In this document: positions 8,299-15,817 of the stretch, one piece after another | Numbering within the stretch: the stretch's first letter is position 1 | How the letters are laid out: every line of letters begins with the position of its first letter | Program-made: the position numbers and the translations under genes | The notes under the pieces: model-generated | Database searches by the model: none | What the model saw: the letters and a program-made list of their open reading frames with translations, nothing else | What the model was told of the DNA's origin: nothing | From: a virus | Lineage: Duplodnaviria; Caudoviricetes | DNA length: 31,599 nt | Virus record (IMG/VR): IMGVR_UViG_3300012667_000260 | Coordinates: 1 to 31,599 of that record | Direction: 5' to 3' (one strand)

Positions 8299-9544
8299 TT
8301 AGTTCTTGTATTATTTCAAAAAGTTGATATGCGATTTGTGGAACTATAGCATTGCCGTATCCTTTGATTGATTCTTGTCTCCACTTTGAAAAGGTAATTC
8401 CGTCCAATTCGGTGGGAATCCCATCATCTCCGCCACAAACCGGGGATTCAGTTGGGAATTGCTGCCAGTTTTCAATTTGATATAATTTGGAAGTTGAGTT
8501 TCGTGTGTCATTACATTCCCATTTTCTCCTCTCAAGTGTTCCATTGAATTTGTCCCTTTGTAATCCCTCGTTGCTGGCGTTGGTAGCATTGAATTCAGTT
8601 TCTGTCCCAATGAATAACCTCTCGTCACTCCTATTGATGGGGCATCCTTCCCGTTTCCTATTGTGTCCTTCCAGTCTCTTGCGTTCGGTGTCGGAAGTAT
8701 TCCCATTGACATTGCTCTTGCTAATGTCACCGAGTGCATACTCCCCTCCTTGACTTGTGTTGATTTCATCGTTGCCGTTGCGTTCGTTGAATCCATTGCT
8801 GTTGGCGTTGGAAGCATCCCCTTTCTCGCCATCGTACATAGTCCCATTTGCAAATTGATTCCTTCTGATTTCTTCCTCTCGTATCTCGCATCCCACGCTT
8901 CCGGTGTACTTCTGTCCTCCATTGCTGATGGTGTCGGAAGTAATCCCCTCATCGCTTGTTGTCCAAGTCCGAGAATAAACGGGCTGTTCCCTTTCTCCAT
9001 TTGTTTTTGATTTCTCGCATCTACTTTCTCTATCGGTGCTTCGTCCATCATTGCAGTTGGTGTAGGCAATAAACCAACATCTATCTCTTCGGTGCGGTGC
9101 GTTTTTGGCTGCAGCTGGAATAATAAACGGCTGAACTTCGTACCCTTCATTTTCCAAGTCAAGGCACACCTGCTGGAATACCAATCCGCCATCAATATTC
9201 GTGATACCAAAGACATTTTCTGCGATGACGAATTTGGGTTTAATCTCTTGAATTGCTCGTAGCATTTCGCCCCACAAGTAGCGTTCATCATCTGTGCCTT
9301 TTCTTTTCCCGGCAAGGCTGAAGGGTTGGCAAGGGAATCCTCCAGTAAGAATGTCAATTTTGTTTGCATATTTTTTAAAGTCAGTTTTACATATATCAAT
9401 GTGACTATCCGCATTTGGAAAATGATAGTCCAATACTTTTCGTGGGAACTCCATCCATTCGCAATGAAAGACATTCTCCCATCCCATCCATTCGGCAGCA
9501 AGATCAAAGCCACCTATTCCGCTAAACAATGACCCGTGTTTCAT
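8285..9544 (-). CDS. dcm: DNA (cytosine-5) methyltransferase, alpha polypeptide (motifs I-VIII and X)
   Basis: LFSGIGGF, GGFPCQPFS, AENV, PHRRDR, KGYGNAIVP; motif IX is absent from this frame. Confidence 0.92.
   Translation of the reverse strand: MKHGSLFSGIGGFDLAAEWMGWENVFHCEWMEFPRKVLDYHFPNADSHIDICKTDFKKYANKIDILTGGFPCQPFSLAGKRKGTDDERYLWGEMLRAIQEIKPKFVIAENVFGITNIDGGLVFQQVCLDLENEGYEVQPFIIPAAAKNAPHRRDRCWFIAYTNCNDGRSTDRESRCEKSKTNGEREQPVYSRTWTTSDEGITSDTISNGGQKYTGSVGCEIREEEIRRNQFANGTMYDGEKGDASNANSNGFNERNGNDEINTSQGGEYALGDISKSNVNGNTSDTERKRLEGHNRKREGCPINRSDERLFIGTETEFNATNASNEGLQRDKFNGTLERRKWECNDTRNSTSKLYQIENWQQFPTESPVCGGDDGIPTELDGITFSKWRQESIKGYGNAIVPQIAYQLFEIIQELNENN
8344..9369 (-). CDS. C5 methyltransferase beta polypeptide in the +1 overlapping frame (LPTP repeats plus motif IX), about 341 aa
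   Basis: Frame open over 8344-9513; likely ATG at 9369 after AAAAAAT; ends with LNPRFVAEMMGFPPNWT (motif IX-like). Confidence 0.8.
   Translation of the reverse strand: MQTKLTFLLEDSLANPSALPGKEKAQMMNATCGAKCYEQFKRLNPNSSSQKMSLVSRILMADWYSSRCALTWKMKGTKFSRLLFQLQPKTHRTEEIDVGLLPTPTAMMDEAPIEKVDARNQKQMEKGNSPFILGLGQQAMRGLLPTPSAMEDRSTPEAWDARYERKKSEGINLQMGLCTMARKGMLPTPTAMDSTNATATMKSTQVKEGSMHSVTLARAMSMGILPTPNARDWKDTIGNGKDAPSIGVTRGYSLGQKLNSMLPTPATRDYKGTNSMEHLRGENGNVMTHETQLPNYIKLKTGSNSQLNPRFVAEMMGFPPNWTELPFQSGDKNQSKDTAML
8571..9075 (-). repeat. Five degenerate coding repeats (G-[LMI]-LPTP-x-x-x-D/E heads), units about 37-43 aa
   Basis: GLLPTPTAMMD, GLLPTPSAMED, GMLPTPTAMD, GILPTPNARD, SMLPTPATRD. Confidence 0.85.
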
Positions 9545-10773
9545 ATCTTCTCCTTGTAACTGGTGTACATTCCTTCAAAGTATGTCGGTATTGTCACGCA
9601 TTCCCCATTCCGGTTCTTTGCGATAATCAACTCGGCTTCTTCCATTTCGGGTTTTTCTTGCTCATAGTACATCGGACGGAAGGGAAACATCACGATGTCC
9701 GCATCTTGTTCAATTGCACCTGATTCCCGAAGGTCACTCAACATCGGTCTCTTGTCTGCTCTCTCCTCACTCTTGCGTGATAACTGTGCAAGAATCATCA
9801 CCGTGATTTTAAGTTCCTTTGCAAGGAGTTTAAGCGTCCGTGATATCTCTGCAATCTCTTGTTCACGGTTTGTCTTTGTCCCTTTGATTAACTGGATGTA
9901 ATCAATCACAAGCAAATTCAATCCCTTTGTTGATTTGTGAAGTTTGGCTTTGGCTTTGATTTGTCCGATGCGAGAATCCACATCATCATCAATGAAGAAC
10001 TCAATCGTTTGGCTGTTTGCAATGTCACACACCTGAAGGATTTCATTCTCTCTCAATTGTCCGTTCCTAATCTTCCAATTGGCAATGTCACCAATCAGCG
10101 AAATATATCTCTTTGCAAGTTGCTCATTTGACATCTCAAGTGAAATGAACAATGCCTTCCCACCAATTTGTGCAAACTCCTTTGTCAAGGTCAAAGCAAT
10201 TGCCGTCTTCCCCATTCCCGGTCTACCAGCAACCACAATCAAATCCCCTTCATTGTATCCACCAATGTACTTGTCAAGGAATCTCCATCCGGTTTGTTTG
10301 CCCGTTAAGTTACCACCATTTTGAGCATTGAAAACTATTTGATCAACAACCTTGTTAGTTACCTTGACAATACTGGATGGTTCTTTATGGGTTGAAAAGG
10401 TTGTGCGTTCAACTACATTCTGTATGTCGGTCACAAGCTCATTCAATTCCTTTGTAACATCCAATGACAAAACGCCTTCAACAACTTGTTTCTTGATGTA
10501 ATCGTGTTCCAACTGCATCAGGTGTGGTTTGATGTCCGTGATGCCCGATGCTTGTTGTTGGAGTTGGATAATCTCAAGCACTTGCATTCGGTCAAAGTGT
10601 TTGGATAAACTCACATAGTCAATGGCTTCGTTGTTGTAGTACATCTCTGTCATAACCTCAACCAATTTGGATGACATTGAATCCGTAAACCAGTTCTTGT
10701 TGATTCTTGGTAGGAAGTGTTTTGCGTCATCGTAAAACAGCATATTGGATAGGATTATTCTTTCAGTGTTCAT
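9541..10773 (-). CDS. dnaB: Replicative DNA helicase, DnaB family
   Basis: AGRPGMGKT, SLEMS, IDYIQL, LAQLSR, SDLRESGAIEQDAD, IAKNRNG. Confidence 0.96.
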   Translation of the reverse strand: MNTERIILSNMLFYDDAKHFLPRINKNWFTDSMSSKLVEVMTEMYYNNEAIDYVSLSKHFDRMQVLEIIQLQQQASGITDIKPHLMQLEHDYIKKQVVEGVLSLDVTKELNELVTDIQNVVERTTFSTHKEPSSIVKVTNKVVDQIVFNAQNGGNLTGKQTGWRFLDKYIGGYNEGDLIVVAGRPGMGKTAIALTLTKEFAQIGGKALFISLEMSNEQLAKRYISLIGDIANWKIRNGQLRENEILQVCDIANSQTIEFFIDDDVDSRIGQIKAKAKLHKSTKGLNLLVIDYIQLIKGTKTNREQEIAEISRTLKLLAKELKITVMILAQLSRKSEERADKRPMLSDLRESGAIEQDADIVMFPFRPMYYEQEKPEMEEAELIIAKNRNGECVTIPTYFEGMYTSYKEKI

Positions 10774-11426
10774 AAAGTTGCAATTTTTGGTTTGTTGGAA
10801 GTTACTTCAATTGGTTTTTTTGTTGTGTACGGAAGTTCATCGTTCCATCTCTTTTGATTGATAAATGTTGCAAAGTGAGGAATGAATTCAACCTTGTCTG
10901 CATCCTGATGGTTTTTAATGTATTTAGGAATAAAGGTCAACATCAATTCCTTTTCTTCGTTGTTTAATTTCTTAAATGATTCCATTGCTTTTGAACGAAC
11001 TCCTTTTTTTAAGTATAATTCCCAATATTGTTCAAACGGGTATTTATCCTTTTCATTTATAGTTATAGTATTATACTTATTACTATTGCAATCCTGATAT
11101 GAGGGTGGTATCACATTTGATATGAGGGGTATATCAGTTTTGATATGAGGGTATATCTTCCTTGATATGACCTGATTGTTGTTATCACGAATCAATTGTC
11201 TTGTCAAATAACCCTTTTCTTCCAAGATTGCAAGTTCTCTTTGAACGGTGATTGTTGTCATATTTAAAATAGATCCAATCGTTTTGTTTGACGGATAAGC
11301 ATAACCACTACGCTTTGCCATCCCAATCAACATACCCATCAAAACTGCTTGTCTTGGTGTCATATGTTCCAAATAATTTGTGGGGAATAATACGAACATT
11401 CCCAGTTCTTCGTTTTGTTCTTTCAT
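10770..11426 (-). CDS. Replication initiator (N-terminal wHTH, lambda O-like organisation)
   Basis: GYAYPSNKTIG...TVQRELAILEEKGYL HTH; C-terminal FEQYWELY...PHFATFINQKRWNDE; internal iterons; directly upstream of DnaB. Confidence 0.85.
   Translation of the reverse strand: MKEQNEELGMFVLFPTNYLEHMTPRQAVLMGMLIGMAKRSGYAYPSNKTIGSILNMTTITVQRELAILEEKGYLTRQLIRDNNNQVISRKIYPHIKTDIPLISNVIPPSYQDCNSNKYNTITINEKDKYPFEQYWELYLKKGVRSKAMESFKKLNNEEKELMLTFIPKYIKNHQDADKVEFIPHFATFINQKRWNDELPYTTKKPIEVTSNKPKIATL
11095..11171. repeat. Iterons / putative replication origin
   Basis: TGATATGA starts at 11095, 11118, 11141 and 11163 (22-23 bp period), flanked by an AT-rich tract at about 11041-11090. Confidence 0.75.
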
Positions 11427-11430
11427 AAAT

Positions 11431-11516
11431 AAAAAATGCCCTTGTACAAATCACCAAGTACGAGTTGATGAGATGCCAAGGGCAAAAGGTCTATGTTAGT
11501 TGTCTCGTACACAACT
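11431..11516 (-). ncRNA. Structured leader RNA: two hairpins with complementary 7-nt loops plus terminator U-tract
   Basis: AGTTGT-GTACGAG-ACAACT; TGCCCTTG...TCATCAA-CTCGTAC-TTGGTGA...CAAGGGCA-TTTTTT. Confidence 0.65.
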
Positions 11517-11527
11517 GGAATACCTCA

Positions 11528-11558
11528 CAAATATAATGAATCAAACATTATATCCCAA
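11528..11558 (-). promoter_or_regulatory. Bacteroidota housekeeping-type promoter TTG-N20-TATATTTG
   Basis: Matches the -33/-7 consensus directly upstream of the structured leader. Confidence 0.7.
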
Positions 11559-11816
11559 TTCTTTTTTCACTTTGGCTTGATGTTTTTGACGGAGATCATA
11601 CATCTTACCTCTCAATTCGGGATTGGCTTTCTGCAAACTTTGACGACATCTCCTAATGGTCTCGGCTGGTGTTAGGTTACCTGATTCCAACTTTGAATAA
11701 AAGTTAAACATATTTGATTCCTTACGCCAAATGATTGACATCAATAGGTTGTCATTGTCTCTTGTTTGTGGATATTGCTCAAGCAATTGTCTCACAAGTT
11801 CTTTTGTTACATTCAT
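11541..11816 (-). CDS. Hypothetical phage protein
   Basis: YPQTRDNDNLL...AETIRRCRQSLQ; coupled start. Confidence 0.75.
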   Translation of the reverse strand: MNVTKELVRQLLEQYPQTRDNDNLLMSIIWRKESNMFNFYSKLESGNLTPAETIRRCRQSLQKANPELRGKMYDLRQKHQAKVKKELGYNV

Positions 11817-11986
11817 ACGGATTGTTCTTGATAGATTTTCTTTGCATTGGCAAACCCGGCATTGTATGCGAGTTGTTGCTCCATCTTCTCCAGTTGTTTG
11901 AAATTAAAGATCAGGTGTGGGCTGATATCTAAATCCGGATATTCTGTGCGTAGGTGTTCAACCAAGCGGTCAATTGGTGTTTTCAT
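11813..11986 (-). CDS. Small protein, 57 aa (MKTPIDRLVEHLRTEYPD...), not in ORF track
   Basis: Read manually; ATG at 11986, TGA overlaps the next ATG. Confidence 0.7.
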   Translation of the reverse strand: MKTPIDRLVEHLRTEYPDLDISPHLIFNFKQLEKMEQQLAYNAGFANAKKIYQEQSV

Positions 11987-12119
11987 TTTCTGCTTTGATT
12001 ATTTCTTGAATCTGTTGTGAAATGGCTTTGATTAAACTGATGATATCAAGATTGTGATTGATGGTCTTGATGTCTTCAAGTTCTATCTCTGTGTTTCTGT
12101 GTTTAACCCTAATCTTCAT
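11970..12119 (-). CDS. Small protein, 49 aa (MKIRVKHRNTEIELED...), not in ORF track
   Basis: Read manually; ATGA-coupled to the upstream gene. Confidence 0.65.
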   Translation of the reverse strand: MKIRVKHRNTEIELEDIKTINHNLDIISLIKAISQQIQEIIKAENENTN

Positions 12120-12361
12120 TGCTCACCTCCTCCGTAGGTTTGGTTGTAGTAATATAAATTAAAAGTATCTTCGTGTGGGTTGCAATCGTTATCGTTAAAT
12201 CCTTGAAGATAAGCGTTATTGATTTGATCCCATTCCATTTCTTTGGCTTGTTCAATTAATGAATTAAAATATTTTGCGTGTTCATCACTAACAAATGGAA
12301 TAAGATAATCAATCTTATCTGCAAACCACTCCACTGCCGTTTGTTGCTTATTGTTTGTCAT
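12116..12361 (-). CDS. Small phage protein (QTAVEW...QAKEME type)
   Basis: ORF track; coupled on both sides. Confidence 0.75.
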   Translation of the reverse strand: MTNNKQQTAVEWFADKIDYLIPFVSDEHAKYFNSLIEQAKEMEWDQINNAYLQGFNDNDCNPHEDTFNLYYYNQTYGGGEQ

Positions 12362-12495
12362 TGTCGGTCTATAAATTCTGCGTAATCTCGTGCATCTTTT
12401 TCCGTTTCAAATGTGGCGAGTAATTCCCCAGCGAAGTATACCCGCCATTTCTCAATTGAATTAATTGTTGCTTTTACTACTCTTGCCTTTAACAT
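12358..12495 (-). CDS. Small protein, 45 aa (MLKARVVKATINSIEKWRVYFAGELLATFETEKDARDYAEFIDRQ), not in ORF track
   Basis: Read manually; fills the gap and is ATGA-coupled downstream. Confidence 0.65.
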   Translation of the reverse strand: MLKARVVKATINSIEKWRVYFAGELLATFETEKDARDYAEFIDRQ

Positions 12496-12763
12496 TGTTC
12501 AGTTCTGTAAATTGGTTCTGCCAAGTTTGAATTTTGTCTTCCAGTTCTTGTTTGGTCTTCTCGTGTTCCATCTTCGCCATTACTGTCTCATTCTTTGATT
12601 GTTGCAACTCAATCTTCATTGACCAAACCATCTCATCTAAATCCGCATTGTGACGGTTTAGACGGTCAAACTCTTTGATGAAATCTTGTGACCTTTTCTC
12701 ATTCACATATAATCTATATGCGAAGATGGATGAAGTCAAACCAAGTGCGATTGTTAGTATCAT
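12461..12763 (-). CDS. N-terminal TM plus coiled-coil protein
   Basis: Hydrophobic N-terminus, heptad-rich body. Confidence 0.7.
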   Translation of the reverse strand: MILTIALGLTSSIFAYRLYVNEKRSQDFIKEFDRLNRHNADLDEMVWSMKIELQQSKNETVMAKMEHEKTKQELEDKIQTWQNQFTELNNVKGKSSKSNN

Positions 12764-12966
12764 TTTGCTTTTCCTTTGTAGAATTTGTGATTGAAGATTG
12801 TTTGACTGAATTGGTCAAACTCCGGATTGTACTGATCCCGTTCAAACTGGTAAGGTTTGGCTTCAGGAAGTTCTTTGTTCATTGCTTTCTTAATGCAATG
12901 GATAGAGTAACCCACCGCAAAAACGATGGGTGTTAAAACGATTGGATAAATTATGTCAAGTGCCAT
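12760..12966 (-). CDS. Small membrane protein
   Basis: N-terminal hydrophobic helix; first gene after a promoter-like gap. Confidence 0.7.
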   Translation of the reverse strand: MALDIIYPIVLTPIVFAVGYSIHCIKKAMNKELPEAKPYQFERDQYNPEFDQFSQTIFNHKFYKGKAK

Positions 12967-12985
12967 AGTTCAAAACAACATACTT

Positions 12986-13006
12986 TCTTTCACTTATGCA
13001 AATTTA
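12986..13006 (-). promoter_or_regulatory. Promoter element TAAATTTG with a degenerate copy of the 19-bp operator
   Basis: TAAATTTG at 13006-12999; AATTTGCATAAGTGAAAGA matches the 7447 copy at 14/19. Confidence 0.55.
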
Positions 13007-13035
13007 TTTTCTAATTGGCTTTGTGAATGAACGAT

Positions 13036-13683
13036 TTATTTTGTGATTGACAAAAATAGTTCCCCAGCGTAGGTCAATTTCTCATCAATGATTTCTTGGA
13101 TGTCCTCTTCCAAAGTGATGAGAGTGGTTGTGAGCTTCTTGCCGATGGGCATTCGGGGATCATAACTGACAAACAAACCTTCTTCCAATCCGGTTGCAAT
13201 CATCCCCATTTGCATCTGCCAAAAATACTCCGTGCGTTTGCTCTTCAACTGCTCGTTGTTTTTGATGAAGAAGTTTTGAAGGTGGTTGCCTGAATTAAAC
13301 GGACATTTGATTTCTACCAACTGGTGACCGAGTGCATCAGGTGAATACCCACCCCATTCACCATAAGTGATAAAGGTGTATGTCTCTGCACCGTAGTAAG
13401 TGAAGAACTCATCAGTTTGTTGTGAGAAATAGTGGAAGGCTTCCTTCTCGTGTTCTTTTCCCCAATCCAATGCACGACCATAGATTTCCGATTTCGCACC
13501 TGTTAGGTATTCCGCTGCCTTCTCAAACACAAATGATTTCGCAGTTTCCGATAGGTACTCCGATTTGTTTTTCGGAGTTCCCATCAGTTTATGGATTTCG
13601 GAAGCGGTGAAGCGTGAACTTCTCAACCTTTGCCAATCTTCTTCGTTCAAAGAAGTGTGAATAACTGGATGTGTGTTATTCAT
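13036..13683 (-). CDS. YqaJ / lambda-exonuclease-family recombination nuclease
   Basis: WQRLRSSRFTAS, WGKEHE, YSPDAL, VEIKCP, YFWQMQ. Confidence 0.92.
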   Translation of the reverse strand: MNNTHPVIHTSLNEEDWQRLRSSRFTASEIHKLMGTPKNKSEYLSETAKSFVFEKAAEYLTGAKSEIYGRALDWGKEHEKEAFHYFSQQTDEFFTYYGAETYTFITYGEWGGYSPDALGHQLVEIKCPFNSGNHLQNFFIKNNEQLKSKRTEYFWQMQMGMIATGLEEGLFVSYDPRMPIGKKLTTTLITLEEDIQEIIDEKLTYAGELFLSITK

Positions 13684-14216
13684 TTCTCACCAATTAAAAG
13701 TTTCATATTGACCGGAGATACCTCAAATTTGCTTGTGATATCGGTCATCAATCCGCCTGTCTTGAGATGCTCAACGGCTTTGTTCCACGATGGATGCTTT
13801 GGTGTGAGTTCATCTTTCTTTGGGATCTGTCTTCCCATTGCTTTCTCCCCATCATCATCATCATCAATGTTCAAGTTTAGGATTGAACCAAGTGCATACC
13901 TCCGTGCGTAGGTCATTGCACTTCCCATTGCTTGTGGATCGTTTTGTTTTGCAACCGGCATCACATAAGATGATTCCATCCATTCACCTGAATCAGCGTG
14001 AAGGATGATGGTTGTGAGTGCATCACCATCGGGAAATTGACTGATTGCCAAACCACATTCACTCAATGGCTTTTGAATTGTATCCAGTATGTTTGCCAAT
14101 GAAGCATACTTGGATTTGAAGAAAGGATTGTTGGATTCCTTTGCTACCTTGCTCACCGATGCTTGGAATTTTACCAACGCACCAGCAATGTTCTTGATTG
14201 ATTCGCTTTTATTCAT
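13680..14216 (-). CDS. erf: ERF-family ssDNA annealing protein
   Basis: NPFFKSKYASL, QAMGSAMTYARRYAL, DDDDG; start MNKSES at 14216. Confidence 0.92.
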   Translation of the reverse strand: MNKSESIKNIAGALVKFQASVSKVAKESNNPFFKSKYASLANILDTIQKPLSECGLAISQFPDGDALTTIILHADSGEWMESSYVMPVAKQNDPQAMGSAMTYARRYALGSILNLNIDDDDDGEKAMGRQIPKKDELTPKHPSWNKAVEHLKTGGLMTDITSKFEVSPVNMKLLIGEK

Positions 14217-14470
14217 AGGAAATTTGTTTTGTGTCCGCACATAAAAATAATAGTAAACTTGTCGGGTTCAAGATAGAAGAATCTTTCCGTCTCAATACCC
14301 ACTAAATTGGTCTCAACGCATCCACCGAAGTACACATCTCGCTTGATCATATACGGTTCAAGTTCATCAAAGTGATTCTCAAGTAAATAGTCATCCACTT
14401 GCTTGTCAATATAGACATATCTATCCCCACCCATTGTGAGAATCCATCCGTTGATTGTCGCCTCAATCAT
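14213..14470 (-). CDS. Hypothetical protein
   Basis: ORF track; coupled to neighbours. Confidence 0.65.
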   Translation of the reverse strand: MIEATINGWILTMGGDRYVYIDKQVDDYLLENHFDELEPYMIKRDVYFGGCVETNLVGIETERFFYLEPDKFTIIFMCGHKTNFL

Positions 14471-14648
14471 TGTTCACCTCCCTCAATGCAATTTCAATGA
14501 CGGCTTTTGCTTTGGGAGAAACGATGTTCCCCTCAACCAAATACTTGCGAACGGTTGGAAGTGATACCCCTGTTTTACGAGCGACTATTTGAAATAGCCC
14601 TTGTCTGCGTTTAAGTTTAATTGTTTCAATTGCTTTGTTGTAATCCAT
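14463..14648 (-). CDS. Small HTH regulator (Cro-like)
   Basis: FQIVARKTGVSLPTVRKYL; first gene of the early operon. Confidence 0.7.
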   Translation of the reverse strand: MDYNKAIETIKLKRRQGLFQIVARKTGVSLPTVRKYLVEGNIVSPKAKAVIEIALREVNND

Positions 14649-14656
14649 AACGAAAG

Positions 14657-14690
14657 CAAAAGTAAAATAAACTTATCAATAATGCAAATA
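14657..14690 (-). promoter_or_regulatory. Main early promoter TTTG-N20-TACTTTTG with overlapping 19-bp operator
   Basis: Exact Bacteroidota -33/-7 consensus 8 nt before the ATG at 14648. Confidence 0.8.
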
Positions 14691-14704
14691 AACTTTTCTT
14701 TTTG

Positions 14705-15241
14705 TTACAATTTTATGTCTTCCGAGAATATCAAATCTCCAAAACGAGCATTCAACTCATTCACTAATTCCATCTGTATTGACTCGGTGAAAGCATCCTC
14801 AAGGAATGGTTGTGCCTTCGTCCCTCTTCGGTGAATCTTGTTTGCTATAGCCTTTGCCATTGAATCGTAGGTCATCGTTTGTGGTGGCTTGATTCCTTTG
14901 AATGCCATCCATTCTTTGATTGACTGCCATAGATACGGGGTGCCTTCAATGTGACCATTTCTTGTTGGCTTCCTTCCATATTCAACAAACTCCCAGTAAT
15001 CCTCTGCAAGAAGGATTGTGTTGATGGATGTTGGCGTTTTGGTGATCTCTCCGGGAACAAAAGATTGGCGAAGAACGGAAGAAGCATTGATGTTTTTGTT
15101 GTCAAGATTCGCCCAAATCGGAGGAATCACCTTCTTGTTCCACCAATCAATAATGATTTGTTGAAGGAGTGAGCCTTCGGATGCATCCCCTAAATAAGTA
15201 TCAAGGGCATCGGGTAATTTATCAAGGTCTATTGTAGCCAC
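14705..15241 (-). CDS. Neck/tail-completion protein (HK97 gp10-like)
   Basis: YWEFVEYGRKP and IHRRGTKAQPFL motifs. Confidence 0.7.
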   Translation of the reverse strand: MATIDLDKLPDALDTYLGDASEGSLLQQIIIDWWNKKVIPPIWANLDNKNINASSVLRQSFVPGEITKTPTSINTILLAEDYWEFVEYGRKPTRNGHIEGTPYLWQSIKEWMAFKGIKPPQTMTYDSMAKAIANKIHRRGTKAQPFLEDAFTESIQMELVNELNARFGDLIFSEDIKL

Positions 15242-15579
15242 ATTAAAACGCTTAAAATTGCCAAACCTATACTTATACCCTTATACAACTTTAAAGTTGT
15301 TATAATGGCTTTATTTTGCCTTAAAAGTGAATTATTCTCCGCATTGAGATATGCGATGTTTGCCTTTTGTTTGGTGATGACTGAATCTTGTTCGGCAATA
15401 ATGATTGAATCCGATGTCACAATCTTGCGTAGATGCGTGACTTGTTCCCTTGCGATTGCACCTTTGACCAAATATGTGTTTGCTTGTTTGATTGTATTGG
15501 TATCAATCAGCACTTGACCGGATAAATTCAACGACCAAAAAATTAACCCATAGGTTGATATTTTTATCATTGCTTTCAT
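15229..15579 (-). CDS. Signal/TM plus coiled-coil plus C-terminal TM protein (spanin-like candidate)
   Basis: Start moved to MKAMIK at 15579, just after the DUF3310 stop; hydrophobic at both ends. Confidence 0.55.
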   Translation of the reverse strand: MKAMIKISTYGLIFWSLNLSGQVLIDTNTIKQANTYLVKGAIAREQVTHLRKIVTSDSIIIAEQDSVITKQKANIAYLNAENNSLLRQNKAIITTLKLYKGISIGLAILSVLMWLQ

Positions 15580-15580
15580 C

Positions 15581-15817
15581 CTATAAGGTAGCATTCTTCT
15601 TTGATTGTTTTTCTTTTTCGGCAATGAGCTTGTCAAGATACCACTTCGCTTTGTACAAATCTTCCAATCCGTTCTTGTCTTCGCATCTCCACAAGTACTT
15701 GATGATGTTACCAGTGCAAACCGCAACCAATCCTTTCTTCTTGATGGTCGCAGATTCAATGGCATCAATACATTCTATTTCGCCTTGCTTGTAGTGGTTT
15801 GGGTTGACTGCATCCAT
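15581..15817 (-). CDS. DUF3310 (SaV / T7 gp1.7-like) protein
   Basis: VNPNHYKQGEIECIDAI...GNIIKYLWR...GLEDLYKAKWYL. Confidence 0.9.
   Translation of the reverse strand: MDAVNPNHYKQGEIECIDAIESATIKKKGLVAVCTGNIIKYLWRCEDKNGLEDLYKAKWYLDKLIAEKEKQSKKNATL

Noticed and set aside
8571-9075. Repeats as a CRISPR array or DGR template/variable repeats
   Set aside because: Degenerate at DNA level and conserved as protein; no cas or reverse transcriptase gene; no adenine-specific mismatch pattern seen
11095-11171. Iterons as a mini-CRISPR
   Set aside because: A 22-23 bp period leaves no spacers, and they lie inside the initiator gene
11767-11775. TGTGGATAT, near-match to a DnaA box
   Set aside because: Single mismatched copy in coding sequence, expected by chance
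15285-15300. Perfect 16-bp palindrome ACAACTTTAAAGTTGT
   Set aside because: About one such palindrome is expected by chance in an AT-rich genome of this size; no second copy seen
15580-15768. Long N-terminal extension of ORF 15229..15768 over DUF3310
   Set aside because: Shadow of DUF3310; a better start lies at 15579 right after the DUF3310 stop
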